Assembly (NCBI GenBank): GCA_963701665.1
Contig: OY969622.1
Location: forward strand, 864,001-928,000
Length of the DNA stretch: 64,000 bases
Source: Candidatus Babeliales bacterium
Lineage (GTDB): Bacteria; Babelota; Babeliae; Babelales; JANWKD01
Direction of reading: 5' to 3'
The notes beneath the pieces were generated by a model. The model worked only from the letters and a program-made list of their open reading frames with translations, had not been told where the DNA came from and made no database searches. Of this stretch, positions 10,668 to 23,080 are shown one piece after another. The stretch's first letter is position 1. The number at the start of each line of letters is the position of its first letter. Both the position numbers and the translations under genes were made by a program.

Positions 10668-10802
10668 ATGTGTAAAAAAAATAAATATCGTATTATTGCT
10701 TCAATTAGCTCCAGTTTAGTTTTTTTATTCATCTTTATTCTAGCAAGCACTAACCCGCCTCACACCCCAAAATCTCCCCTTAAAATTCATGAAAATCGCT
10801 AA
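10668..10802 (+). CDS. Possible small single-TM protein (44 aa)
   Basis: Manual translation MCKKNKYRIIASISSSLVFLFIFILASTNPPHTPKSPLKIHENR*; TTGACA upstream at ~10572; weak RBS. Confidence 0.35.
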   Translation: MCKKNKYRIIASISSSLVFLFIFILASTNPPHTPKSPLKIHENR

Positions 10803-10871
10803 AAACAAACTCTAAGCTGTTTTTTAGGTTCAACAACTATAACTCCCTTAAGACCTATAGCTTTCTTCAAA

Positions 10872-10899
10872 TTGACAAATATAAATATATTGCTATATT
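10872..10899 (+). promoter_or_regulatory. sigma70-type promoter
   Basis: TTGACA-16nt-TATATT with TG extension, upstream of ORF 10936. Confidence 0.5.
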
Positions 10900-10935
10900 T
10901 ATAGTATATTTAAGCATTTTTTAAAAGAGTCTTTT

Positions 10936-12315
10936 ATGAAGAAACTATATCTCATAGCATTAGTATTTATTTCTTCCATCTCGAGTATGGAACAGCAGCC
11001 TTTGCTCGTTCAAGCACAGACTACCAATAAAATCATTGAAGATTACTATGGCAATAGATTTACTATTCCGGCATCATGCGTCGGTTTGGTCAAATTGTTT
11101 GATCATGCCAATATTTTTGAAAATGAATCGCCTATTGATTATGCTTTTTCAAAAAAGGAATTTGATTTTCAGTATGATGACGGACTACATGATAAGTTTA
11201 AAGCAGTAGATACATCCGCCCAACCCTTTTTTAGTTTTTTCGAACGTAAAGCAGGTGATGTACCACTTTCAAGAAAAATCTTAATCAATGCATTAACCTG
11301 CATTAAAAGACCTAGATACAGTTCTTATTATGAAAAAGATACTATCAAATCTGTTTTGGCTGCGATAAATTATCTTAGTCCCCAAAAAGAAAAAGTTCTG
11401 AAGAAATTTGTTCAACGAGCAAAAGAGATAATTCCTGAAGAAGAATTAGATAACGATGATCAAATCGATACTACTATTCTAAATGATTTTTATGGGATTG
11501 GTGCCGTTACGCGATTATTAAACCAAAATGATGTTCTTGTAAAATATGATGGTAACCTATGTTTCATAGACCTCTCCGGAAAATCACTTAATAATCTCAA
11601 TGGAATAGCAAAAATAAAGATCCTTAATGGCGCAAAGTGTTATCTTATTGATATTAGCAATAATAATCTGAAGGAACTTGATATAAATCGTCTTCTCAAA
11701 GAAATTCCTACATTAACTGGTCTAAACGCACCTACAGGTTTAAGCGCACCCACTGGGATAGCCGCACTCAATAATAAGATAACAAAAGTCATTTTCCCCC
11801 GATGTCCTTTACCCAGGGGACTGTGGATTGATTTAAATAAAAATAACATTACTAATCTGAAAGAGATGTATTTAAATATGGGATCTAAGATTGATCTAAG
11901 GAATAATCCTTTAACTGAAGATAGCCGCAAAAATGTAGAAAGAGCTTGTAAATTAGGCTTTCTATTAAGAAACAAATTTTGGTTACTGGATGGGACAAAA
12001 ACATGGGCTAACAATATTCCTGAAATCTTGTATTCAAGTGGGATAGCTGCGGCACTTGTTCCCGGAGTTTTTTATGGGGGCGCGATTATTACTAATTGGA
12101 GAGATGCAAATCTTTTACGCGAATCTGTAAATCTTTTATTTGATAAAGGCTTCTGGATAGTTAGTGCAGCATTTTCTGCCGTAGTATTTACCATAGGTTC
12201 AGTAGGTATTTCGACCCTCTCACTCCCGTGCCATATAGCTTATGGTCATTATAAAAGTTATTCTGATTTCCCCGAAGTTTTTTTACCTGAAAAAAACCCA
12301 ACAGAAAATAAGTAA
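10936..12315 (+). CDS. Secreted leucine-rich-repeat protein with C-terminal TM helices
   Basis: IDLSGKSLNNL, IDISNNNLKEL, IDLNKNNITNL, IDLRNNPL repeats; signal peptide followed by MEQQ. Confidence 0.7.
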   Translation: MKKLYLIALVFISSISSMEQQPLLVQAQTTNKIIEDYYGNRFTIPASCVGLVKLFDHANIFENESPIDYAFSKKEFDFQYDDGLHDKFKAVDTSAQPFFSFFERKAGDVPLSRKILINALTCIKRPRYSSYYEKDTIKSVLAAINYLSPQKEKVLKKFVQRAKEIIPEEELDNDDQIDTTILNDFYGIGAVTRLLNQNDVLVKYDGNLCFIDLSGKSLNNLNGIAKIKILNGAKCYLIDISNNNLKELDINRLLKEIPTLTGLNAPTGLSAPTGIAALNNKITKVIFPRCPLPRGLWIDLNKNNITNLKEMYLNMGSKIDLRNNPLTEDSRKNVERACKLGFLLRNKFWLLDGTKTWANNIPEILYSSGIAAALVPGVFYGGAIITNWRDANLLRESVNLLFDKGFWIVSAAFSAVVFTIGSVGISTLSLPCHIAYGHYKSYSDFPEVFLPEKNPTENK

Positions 12316-12319
12316 CATC

Positions 12320-14164
12320 TCACTCCACCGTCACTGATTTTGCCAAATTGCGCGGTTTATCGATAGGACAGCCAAGTTCTTTGGCAATTTGATAGACAAA
12401 GAATTGCATGAGCCCCGTCATGGCGAGTGGCGCAAGCAGTTTCGAAACGCGCGGAATAACAAATAATTGATCAGCTAATTGCATGAGCTCTTCTTGCCCC
12501 TCGAATGCAAAAATCACTAAATGGCCTTTGCGCGCTTTCACTTCTTGAGCGTTTGAAACCAATTTTGGATATACTAGTTCATCGAGACAAGAAAATAAAA
12601 AGATCGGCGTTTCAGCATCAATGAGCGCAATCGGCCCGTGTTTGAGCTCTCCTGCAGGATAACATTGCGCAAATATATAAGAAATTTCTTTAAGTTTTAG
12701 CGCCGATTCCATGGCAAATGGATAACTAATATGCCTGCCTAAAAAAATGCATCTTTTATATTCAGCATAACGAGGCGCGAGTGTTGAGATGATATCATCT
12801 TTATATAATTCGATCGCATCTTCAAGAACGTGTGCCGCAATAGCAAGATCTTGGCACGCGCGTTCAATTGCATCAGCAGGCAAAATACCTTTTTCAATAG
12901 CAATTTTATGCGCGAGCCAATATAAGGTAGCAAGTTGCGTGGAAAATGCTTTTGTTGACGCCACGGCAATCTCTTGCCCCGCGTGCGTTACTAAGTATCC
13001 GCCCGCTTCACGCGCAACGGTGCTTGATGCAACATTGGTGAGCCCAACGGTGTGTAATCCATGGCCATTAACCATGCGTAATGCTTCTAACGTATCAGCC
13101 GTTTCGCCAGATTGTGTAATGGCGACATATAACCCCTGTGTATCGGGAAAGAATGACATGAGACGAAATTCTGAAGCGAGTGCAACTTTGGTGGGAAGTT
13201 TGGTGATTTCTTCAAAAAAGAATTGCGCAATACGCGCGGCATGCCAGGAAGTTCCACAGCCAATGAGCGTTAAAGAGCTCATTTTTTTTATGTAATCTGC
13301 CGAAACTCCGAGATTTGACCATAAATTTTGGCCAAGAATCTGTAATGAAAGAATAGTTTTTTGTATGACTTGTTTTTGCTCATAAATCTCTTTGAGCATA
13401 AAATGCTCGAATCCCTTTTTTTCAATGTCAATCCAACTGGTATCAACTTCTTGCACAACAGTAGGTAAAGGTATGCCAGAAAAACTATACAGTTTTACTT
13501 CATCTTTTTTTAATAATGCATAGGAATTATTGGGCAAAAAAAGTACTTTATTTGTTTTATCGGCGAATGCTAATAAATCTGATGACACAAACATTTCATG
13601 CTCGCCCACGCCGACACATAAAGGCGAACCTCGGCGCGCAATCAAAAGTTGATCAGGAAAATCTTGGCATATGCAAACGAGTGCATAAGCGCCCTCGAGT
13701 CGGTTAACGAGTGCCTCAAATGCTTCTTTGATAGATTTTTTTTCTTGTAACAATGATTCTAAAAGATGCGCCACTACTTCCGTATCAGTTTGTGAAACGA
13801 ACACGTGACCTTGGGCATGCAATTCTTGTTTGAGCGCGCGATAATTTTCAATGATGCCGTTGTGAGCGAGGGAAATTTTTCTATGACAATCAAATTGTGG
13901 ATGAGCGTTTTCTTGTGAAATGGCCCCGTGCGTTGCCCAACGGGTATGGCCGATACCCAGATGACCATCGATGGGTGATGCTTCGAGACACTCAATGAGA
14001 TTTGCTAAATGCCCTGTTGTTTTATGAGAAAGGATGCATGAATGTGCATCATTAAGACATGAAAATCCTGCTGAATCATAGCCTCGATATTCTAGGCGCG
14101 ATAAGCCTTGGATAACATATCCTTTGCTCCAACCATGACCAATATATCCTGCCAAACCACACAT
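12320..14164 (-). CDS. glmS: Glutamine--fructose-6-phosphate aminotransferase
   Basis: MCG N-terminus, LEYRGYDSAG, GHTRWATHG, QSGETADT, PRNLAKSVTVE. Confidence 0.98.
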   Translation of the reverse strand: MCGLAGYIGHGWSKGYVIQGLSRLEYRGYDSAGFSCLNDAHSCILSHKTTGHLANLIECLEASPIDGHLGIGHTRWATHGAISQENAHPQFDCHRKISLAHNGIIENYRALKQELHAQGHVFVSQTDTEVVAHLLESLLQEKKSIKEAFEALVNRLEGAYALVCICQDFPDQLLIARRGSPLCVGVGEHEMFVSSDLLAFADKTNKVLFLPNNSYALLKKDEVKLYSFSGIPLPTVVQEVDTSWIDIEKKGFEHFMLKEIYEQKQVIQKTILSLQILGQNLWSNLGVSADYIKKMSSLTLIGCGTSWHAARIAQFFFEEITKLPTKVALASEFRLMSFFPDTQGLYVAITQSGETADTLEALRMVNGHGLHTVGLTNVASSTVAREAGGYLVTHAGQEIAVASTKAFSTQLATLYWLAHKIAIEKGILPADAIERACQDLAIAAHVLEDAIELYKDDIISTLAPRYAEYKRCIFLGRHISYPFAMESALKLKEISYIFAQCYPAGELKHGPIALIDAETPIFLFSCLDELVYPKLVSNAQEVKARKGHLVIFAFEGQEELMQLADQLFVIPRVSKLLAPLAMTGLMQFFVYQIAKELGCPIDKPRNLAKSVTVE

Positions 14165-14234
14165 GATGGCTACTCCCCTTTTGAGTTTTTCTTGGCTTAT
14201 ATGTTACCAAAAGGCAAGCAAGACGAAAACGTTT

Positions 14235-14699
14235 TTAACGTTTAACAAACTGGAATTTACGTCGCGCTGCTTTTTGACCAGGTTTTTTACGTTCCTTAAG
14301 GCGAGCATCAACTGTCAATAGACCTGCTGCACGTAATACTGCACGATCAGCTTCATTTAATTTGACTAGTGCACGTGCAATACCCAATTTTACAGCATCA
14401 GCTTGCGAATTAAGACCACCGCCATTTACATTGGCATGAGCATCATAATGTAATGCGCTGCTTAATACCACAAAAGGTTTGTGGGCACTGATACGAGCAA
14501 CATCAGTATCAAAATAAACTTCATAATTTTTATCATTGACTGTGATTTTGCCGGAACCACGTCGCAAATCAACGCGCGCAACAGAGCTTTTACGTCTGCC
14601 AACACCATGTGATAAAGGCGCAGTTTTTACCTGCTTTTGACGAGGTTTGCTTGATTCGGCTTTTTTGCTTGGTGCCTTAACTTTTTTTGTTTCTTCCAT
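14235..14699 (-). CDS. rpsI: 30S ribosomal protein S9
   Basis: GRRKSSVARV, GGGLNSQADA, ERKKPG...QFVKR. Confidence 0.96.
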   Translation of the reverse strand: MEETKKVKAPSKKAESSKPRQKQVKTAPLSHGVGRRKSSVARVDLRRGSGKITVNDKNYEVYFDTDVARISAHKPFVVLSSALHYDAHANVNGGGLNSQADAVKLGIARALVKLNEADRAVLRAAGLLTVDARLKERKKPGQKAARRKFQFVKR

Positions 14700-14860
14700 G
14701 AACAGTTTTTTAAAATCCTATTTTGAAAGGTTATTATTAATAAAAGTAATATATTTTATAATGCCAAAAATGAGGAAAATGTCAAAGTGATCTTTGACAT
14801 AAGAGAAGACCTATATTTTTTACAGTCTTCGTTTTATTTTTCTATTTATAACTTCCTGCA

Positions 14861-15007
14861 GGGCGAAGCCAGGCGTAGTTTGCCGAGCCTGAAGGCCCCT
14901 CCGTCGCTCATGAGCTATGGCGGGCTTCGCCGGATAAACGAAGACTGGCGAAGCCAATCGTAGCCAAGTAGTACATCGAAGTTTTTCCCCATGCAGGCGT
15001 AGATTGG
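14861..15007. repeat. GC-rich nested palindrome cluster abutting the tRNA-Thr 3' end
   Basis: ggcgaagcc...ggcttcgcc; ccgtcgctcatgagctatggcgg; ccaatcgtagcc...ggcgtagattgg. Confidence 0.55.
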
Positions 15008-15080
15008 AGCCGATGATCGGAGTCGAACCGACGACCTATTGATTACGAATCAATTGCTCTACCAACTGAGCTACATCGGC
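15005..15080 (-). tRNA. tRNA-Thr (CGT)
   Basis: Reverse complement GCCGATGTAGCTCAGTTGGTAGAGC-ATTGA TT CGT AA TCAAT-GGTTCGACTCC-CCA. Confidence 0.95.
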
Positions 15081-15142
15081 TTACGACATCGTAGCGTAGC
15101 AAAAAAGAGCCCTTTTGTATAAATTTTCTAGAAAAAATACCG

Positions 15143-15511
15143 TTAGAGTTCTTTTTTTTCTTCTAACTGTTCTTGGCATAGCAAGCAACGCATCGCATTT
15201 GGATAGAGTTTGAGCCTTTTTTCAGATATGGGCTGGCTACAATCAAAACACTTGCCGTAGCTACCGTCATCGATCATTTCTAGTGCTTTTATGATACGGT
15301 TATATTCTTCAATTTCTGCATCCTGCAAAGAAATTTTGAGTGTTTCAAGAGAAGAGGACGAGGCTTGGTCACCACTATCTTGAACTTCGCCTGTGACTTT
15401 TTGCGAGTATAATTCCCCTAATTCAGAATCAAGCTCTTTCTTGCGTTTAAGAAGATCGTTTTTTATCGCTTCTAGCTGCTTTGGAGTGAGCCTGTTTTTA
15501 TCATCATTCAC
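15143..15511 (-). CDS. DksA/TraR family C4 zinc-finger protein
   Basis: Coiled coil with DSGDQA tip, YGKCFDC...RL...CLLC. Confidence 0.88.
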   Translation of the reverse strand: MNDDKNRLTPKQLEAIKNDLLKRKKELDSELGELYSQKVTGEVQDSGDQASSSSLETLKISLQDAEIEEYNRIIKALEMIDDGSYGKCFDCSQPISEKRLKLYPNAMRCLLCQEQLEEKKEL

Positions 15512-15987
15512 ACGTTCTCCTTTCTTTTTTCAGTAAAAAATCTTTTTAACAAGGCTGCTGATTCTTGTTGGCCTACCCCCTTAATTATCTGTAAAGTGTC
15601 TCTTCTGTATAGCTGAAGGGGGCCGCTATTGTCAAGATGATAGCCAAACACGGGAGACTCCGTCCCAAAGACTATGCCTTCCAGCCGGCTTAATAATGCC
15701 AGATTAAAGCACATTGCGCATGGTTCCAGGGTTACATAAAGCCAATGCCCTTCAAGACGCCAGTTGCCCCTTTTTTTACAAGCCTTAGCGATCGCCTGAA
15801 CCTCGGCGTGCGCCATTTGCTGACGCTTGCCCTCAACTTGGTTATATGCTCGGCTCACTATTTCCCCCGAGGGCCCGACGATAACCGCTCCAATGGGAAC
15901 CTCGTCTTTTTCATAAGCCTTTTGGGCCTGCTTGAGGGCCTTTTTCATATATTTAGGGTGATCGGTATGAGAAATAGGGTTCACCAT
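15508..15987 (-). CDS. tadA: tRNA adenosine(34) deaminase
   Basis: EVPIGAVIV, HAE, LYVTLEPCAMC. Confidence 0.9.
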   Translation of the reverse strand: MVNPISHTDHPKYMKKALKQAQKAYEKDEVPIGAVIVGPSGEIVSRAYNQVEGKRQQMAHAEVQAIAKACKKRGNWRLEGHWLYVTLEPCAMCFNLALLSRLEGIVFGTESPVFGYHLDNSGPLQLYRRDTLQIIKGVGQQESAALLKRFFTEKRKENV

Positions 15988-16083
15988 GAAAACTTTTAAA
16001 ATAAATAGCTAATGATATACTAAAAACCATAAGTTTTTAACAAATATACTATTTTTTTAAATTTTAATAAACAGGGCTATTAA

Positions 16084-16377
16084 ATGAAAAATACACATAA
16101 CATCATTAAAGCAGTATTGGCTAGTACTCTATTCTTCAGTATACCCGTTCTCCTCAAGGCTGATGAATCTCAGGAAAAGACGAAATCCGATAACTCAACA
16201 CTTAATCGCCATATAAAAGAGATAGAATTTAATATGTCTGAAAAATTCGAAGAATGGAAATGTAATACAGAATGCATATTAAATTCTGAATATCTTGAAT
16301 TCTGCAAAGCACAATGCACAGCAAAACATTTCATAAGAGTTGGTAGATTCAAAGTCAAACGTTTTTTTGAGCAATAA
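16084..16377 (+). CDS. Small secreted protein with twin CX3C motif
   Basis: Signal peptide; CNTEC-x9-CKAQC; paralog of next ORF. Confidence 0.6.
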   Translation: MKNTHNIIKAVLASTLFFSIPVLLKADESQEKTKSDNSTLNRHIKEIEFNMSEKFEEWKCNTECILNSEYLEFCKAQCTAKHFIRVGRFKVKRFFEQ

Positions 16378-16421
16378 GTTCCAATAAATATATTTTAAAA
16401 CTTTAAAACTGGATTCGACTT

Positions 16422-16874
16422 ATGAATAATTTCTCTACCATTTTTGTAAAAACAGCAGTATTAGTAACAGGACTCATTTTAACAAATCCTAGTTCATTGA
16501 AGGCGGTAAAAATAGACACTTCGGCTCAAGAAGCAGAATTACGTAAGGATCTTGAAACACTAATTAATGATTTACGAACATTAGACGATGCAGAATTTGA
16601 AATGAATTCATATTGGGAAAAAATTGAGTGTAAATCTAAATGCAAACTCAGTCCAGAACACTTAGAAATATATCGACATGAGTTCGAAAACATGTGTCAA
16701 TATAAGTGCAAAATTGAATATTTAATGAGATTTGCAAAATTTTGGCAAGATCGAATCAATAATATGGAGCGAAATATACAAGTTAGTGAAGATGCTGAAC
16801 GTGCAAAAGAAGCTCAACGGAAAATGGATTTAGAAGAGTTCAAGAACAGTATTGAAATTAAACACGCATCATAG
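16422..16874 (+). CDS. Secreted protein with twin CX3C motif
   Basis: Signal peptide; CKSKC-x17-CQYKC; EFxM motif shared with 16084 ORF. Confidence 0.6.
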   Translation: MNNFSTIFVKTAVLVTGLILTNPSSLKAVKIDTSAQEAELRKDLETLINDLRTLDDAEFEMNSYWEKIECKSKCKLSPEHLEIYRHEFENMCQYKCKIEYLMRFAKFWQDRINNMERNIQVSEDAERAKEAQRKMDLEEFKNSIEIKHAS

Positions 16875-16959
16875 ATATAATACCTTGTCTAAAAATAGAA
16901 AAATCATCTAAATTCTTTTATACTAAGCGTACTTAATGTTACCTGTTATACCGCGATAA

Positions 16960-19419
<2,460 letters not shown>

Positions 19420-19510
19420 TAAATCTGCAATTTTTTTTGTAATTTAGCTGCATCTATTTTATACTGATTCATCATAATCTCTAAATAATTCTCTATTTGA
19501 AAGCATACTC

Positions 19511-20410
19511 ATGAGATCTCTTATTTACAAAAACTTAAGATTTTTATTAATTTTCATTACTTTTATTCCTATGCAAGCAATGGAAAAAAAATCACTAAAT
19601 ACGCCCCTTGATCAAGATAGAGCAATCACCGGATGTTTAACTGAACTCATAAACGATCACATTGATACAATCTTCAGCGAAAAACCAACTACAGTTAAAG
19701 ATGCCTTAATTAGAATTCAGTCCATTGCCAGAATAATCAAAACATCTCATCTCTATAGTGGTGATGCGGAGATTACCAAAGATGCACTCATCATTAATGG
19801 ACGTATTTTTCCCAATCACATACATCCTATTGTACCTCCAATTGCGGATCATTGGTCTAATATTATAGAGAACCCAGCGACACTTAATTCCCTGATCATT
19901 TCACATGAAAAATCAGTTGAAGCCATCAATATAATTCTTGGTACATTGCATAAAAAAGCTAACAATGAAAATGTTGAAATGTGCTATAAAGTAGTTAATA
20001 GTTTACCTCCTTGTGTAAGCGAACACATTAAATCTCAGTTTATTGCCAAGCATCCTTCAAGGAAGCATAATATTCTCTATAACTCAACTGGCACCATACA
20101 ACTCCTCCACTATAATAAAGATGGTTTGCTTATTGCAGCAAAACCAAATAAAAGCAGAATAGATATAGGAGTAGTATATAAGGATTTTTGCCATCAATAT
20201 AATGGTCCCCTTGATCGTGATTTCTCAAGTGCACTTCATAATTCACTTGGCCTTCTTAAGGCGCGAACTTTATATGATGTTTCAATAGAAACTATATTAA
20301 CACCGCCTTCTTTTGAAAAAAGATTAAAAAAACACGCGAAAAGAAATTCCAGACTTTTATCACAAAATGTTGAAGATAACGGGCAATTTGTTAAAAATCT
20401 CGATATTTAA
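19511..20410 (+). CDS. Secreted hypothetical protein (paralog family with 21103 and 22115), ending in a GyrB C-terminal 12-mer
   Basis: Signal peptide plus AMEKK; KPTTVKDALIRIQSIA resembles TPKTFYEAIVRLQCIA; ends [12 protein letters not shown]. Confidence 0.65.
   Translation: MRSLIYKNLRFLLIFITFIPMQAMEKKSLNTPLDQDRAITGCLTELINDHIDTIFSEKPTTVKDALIRIQSIARIIKTSHLYSGDAEITKDALIINGRIFPNHIHPIVPPIADHWSNIIENPATLNSLIISHEKSVEAINIILGTLHKKANNENVEMCYKVVNSLPPCVSEHIKSQFIAKHPSRKHNILYNSTGTIQLLHYNKDGLLIAAKPNKSRIDIGVVYKDFCHQYNGPLDRDFSSALHNSLGLLKARTLYDVSIETILTPPSFEKRLKKHAKRNSRLLSQNVEDNGQFVKNLDI
20372..20410 (+). repeat. Direct repeat of the gyrB 3' end (19381-19419)
   Basis: gaagataacgggcaatttgttaaaaatctcgatatttaa vs gaagataacggacagtttgttaaaaacttagatatttaa. 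Confidence 0.9.
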
Positions 20411-20970
20411 TTTTTTTCTAAAGATTTGGGCTGAAAATAATGGGTTATTTCACAAGAAGATTTGTTCAATTTTTGTCCTTTTAAGCAGAGCTGTGCTGTT
20501 ACCACATACATATCTTCTTGAGAAAGCAAATCATTATGGATAAAACAATTTTCACTAAGAGTTTTTGACCAAAACAAATTGTCACTTATTTCTTTTACTG
20601 TATATAAGTTAGTACCACTCGTAATACTAGGCAGACCTTCATAAAAAATGGCGCTAAAGCACAATAAACCGAAGAAACTTTTTTGATGCACAGGTTTAAT
20701 GTGTAAATTTTCTACTTTATACATCATTATGTCCTTAGAATCATAGTAGCGTTCTAAGGGTATCAGTGTTATTTCATCTAATGCCTGTCCTGATCGAAGA
20801 TTTAAAAGCTCTTTTTCATTATGGCTCAGCACCACATCATATTCACTTTCATTTGAAATAGAAGTAATACAAAAGCTGGGCGCTGCAAGCCTTGCTAAGC
20901 CGTTTTCCATGCTTTTGATACTAAAAAAACAGGTTATTACACCTAAAAATAGTAGCTTTTTGCCCACCAT
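20407..20970 (-). CDS. Secreted hypothetical protein
   Basis: 187-aa ORF, signal peptide followed by SMENG. Confidence 0.55.
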   Translation of the reverse strand: MVGKKLLFLGVITCFFSIKSMENGLARLAAPSFCITSISNESEYDVVLSHNEKELLNLRSGQALDEITLIPLERYYDSKDIMMYKVENLHIKPVHQKSFFGLLCFSAIFYEGLPSITSGTNLYTVKEISDNLFWSKTLSENCFIHNDLLSQEDMYVVTAQLCLKGQKLNKSSCEITHYFQPKSLEKN

Positions 20971-21032
20971 AGCTTCCCCCCCATAAAAATAGATTTTTTA
21001 ACTGTTTCTTCCCTTAAATGTATATGGTTTCA

Positions 21033-21060
21033 TTGACATTTTTCAACATTATTTTATAAT
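21033..21060 (+). promoter_or_regulatory. Consensus sigma70 promoter
   Basis: TTGACA-16nt-TATAAT; GGAG RBS before ATG 21103. Confidence 0.6.
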
Positions 21061-21102
21061 TGAATTTATAATAGGTAAAAATACCTTTAAAATGGAGAAA
21101 TT

Positions 21103-22101
21103 ATGAATAGAGTATTTACAGGCAAAATTATCACCTTACTTTTAGCATCATTTTTGTCCTTCGGACTTTCATATGGAATGGAAGAGAGTACTTCAGATGC
21201 CCTTAGTTCCTATAAAGAACCTGCTGCATTAAAAATTCCTCATAAAGGCAAAGATATCGTTGTTCTATTTAGAAATACTTTGCTTGAAGATCAAGAAATC
21301 ATTAAAGCTCTCTATTATGCTTTTAGTGATAAAATTAATAAAAAATTAACCTCAACGCCAAAAACTTTTTATGAAGCAATTGTACGCTTGCAGTGTATTG
21401 CAAAACTCCTTGAAAAATCGCTCATTAACCCGACAGCCTTAGGAAAAAATTTACACTTTACTTCCCATGAATGCCAAATAACCGTTGATGGCACAACTTA
21501 CACAATTCCTCACGATATGCTTCATCCAATTTTTAATGAGCTAATCAAAAAAGCTTGTCACAAAATTTTTCTTGAACATCCAAAATCACTACAAGCAATA
21601 GATATCATTCTTAATGAAATAAGCCAGAAGGTTACTCATCAAAATATGAAGAACTATCAAAAAGCAATCGAAGAGTTACCTAAAACGGTTTCACAATGCA
21701 TACAACAAGAATTCATTAACATGCATGGTTGGCCGCATGGTATTAAACCCGAATTTATAGTAGACCCGCAAGGAATACTATCATTAAGATTTGTTAACAA
21801 TGACCGCCTTATCACTTTTAAAAATGACTACATTATTTCGACCCCCCTCCCGTTTGAAGGCGGCTGGCGAAGTGCAGATTTGGTTAATGATAATTACTTT
21901 GACACAATTGCGTTCGTAGTTTGGAGACATCATAATGCAATGCAAGAAGATGGCACCTATCCATCATTATGGGAAGTGCCAACGTTTGCACAAGCATTAG
22001 AGAAAAGAGTACAAGAAAATGCTAAAACGTTATTAACCCGTATCAAAGAACATATATACCCTTTAATGATTGCATTTGACGACTTTATGGACAGGTTTTA
22101 A
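21103..22101 (+). CDS. Secreted hypothetical protein, tandem paralog
   Basis: Shares SYKEPA, LTSTPKTFYxAIVxLQCIAKLLEKS, HECQIT, IPHDxLHP, EHPKS with next ORF. Confidence 0.65.
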   Translation: MNRVFTGKIITLLLASFLSFGLSYGMEESTSDALSSYKEPAALKIPHKGKDIVVLFRNTLLEDQEIIKALYYAFSDKINKKLTSTPKTFYEAIVRLQCIAKLLEKSLINPTALGKNLHFTSHECQITVDGTTYTIPHDMLHPIFNELIKKACHKIFLEHPKSLQAIDIILNEISQKVTHQNMKNYQKAIEELPKTVSQCIQQEFINMHGWPHGIKPEFIVDPQGILSLRFVNNDRLITFKNDYIISTPLPFEGGWRSADLVNDNYFDTIAFVVWRHHNAMQEDGTYPSLWEVPTFAQALEKRVQENAKTLLTRIKEHIYPLMIAFDDFMDRF

Positions 22102-22114
22102 GATTGGTTATTTT

Positions 22115-23080
22115 ATGAAATTATTTAGAAAAATCTCTTTATCTTTATTTTTCGTAGCTTTTCTCTTTGGAAATACAATTCAATGTATGGAATCGCTTGG
22201 ATCCTACAAAGAACCTGCTGAGCTAAAGACGAGCTTTTCAGATCAAGATATTGTTGATTTAATCTATCATGATCTGAGCAATAAAATTAATGAAAGATTA
22301 ACGTCAACGCCTAAAACATTTTATGATGCAATTGTTTGCCTGCAGTGTATCGCAAAACTCCTTGAAAAGTCACAAATCACCTCGGAAGTTTTTGGTAAAA
22401 ATTTCATTATTACCCCTCACGAATGTCAAATAACTACTGACGAAATGTACTCAATCCCTCACGATATACTTCATCCGGTCTTCGATTCATGGTGTCAAAA
22501 AGCCCACACAAAAATATTTATAGAACATCCTAAATCAATGGCAGCAACCACTATAATTTTAAATGCATTAAGTAATAATGTAACCTTAGAAAACCTTGAA
22601 AAGTACCAAAGCGCTCTTGCAACCTTACCTCTAGAAGCAAAAAAATATATCGAAGAAAAATTTATTGAAAAGTATGGCTGGGAAATTAAAGATTTGGATA
22701 TTGAATTAGATAATAATGGAAATATTGCCGATATTCAGTTCACAATCGATAATTTTTTTGTTAAAGGTCGCACATCATTTGGCATGCCGCCCTCTGTGGC
22801 CATACTTGACATGTCAACCCTTGAATGCCTGTATTGTATCAGGTTACCTAACTTGGATTTATCTAGGGGAGTTTATTATGCTTTGGGCAGTTTCTTTGGT
22901 ATTCGTTTATCACAATCTGAGGTCGATTCGCTGCAAGATTTCCTTGCCACAAAACCAACATTCGAACAGGTGTTACTTAATCATGCGAAAAACCACAAAG
23001 GAACACTATTAACTCGCATTAAAATGAGCGCATATTATTTAACAACAGCTTTCACTAAATTACTTAAGGGACATTTATGA
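22115..23080 (+). CDS. Secreted hypothetical protein, tandem paralog
   Basis: See 21103; likely start MKLFRK; signal peptide followed by CMES. Confidence 0.65.
   Translation: MKLFRKISLSLFFVAFLFGNTIQCMESLGSYKEPAELKTSFSDQDIVDLIYHDLSNKINERLTSTPKTFYDAIVCLQCIAKLLEKSQITSEVFGKNFIITPHECQITTDEMYSIPHDILHPVFDSWCQKAHTKIFIEHPKSMAATTIILNALSNNVTLENLEKYQSALATLPLEAKKYIEEKFIEKYGWEIKDLDIELDNNGNIADIQFTIDNFFVKGRTSFGMPPSVAILDMSTLECLYCIRLPNLDLSRGVYYALGSFFGIRLSQSEVDSLQDFLATKPTFEQVLLNHAKNHKGTLLTRIKMSAYYLTTAFTKLLKGHL

Noticed and set aside
14165..14234. glmS ribozyme upstream of glmS
   Set aside because: Only 70 nt between rpsI and glmS, with no recognisable ribozyme core
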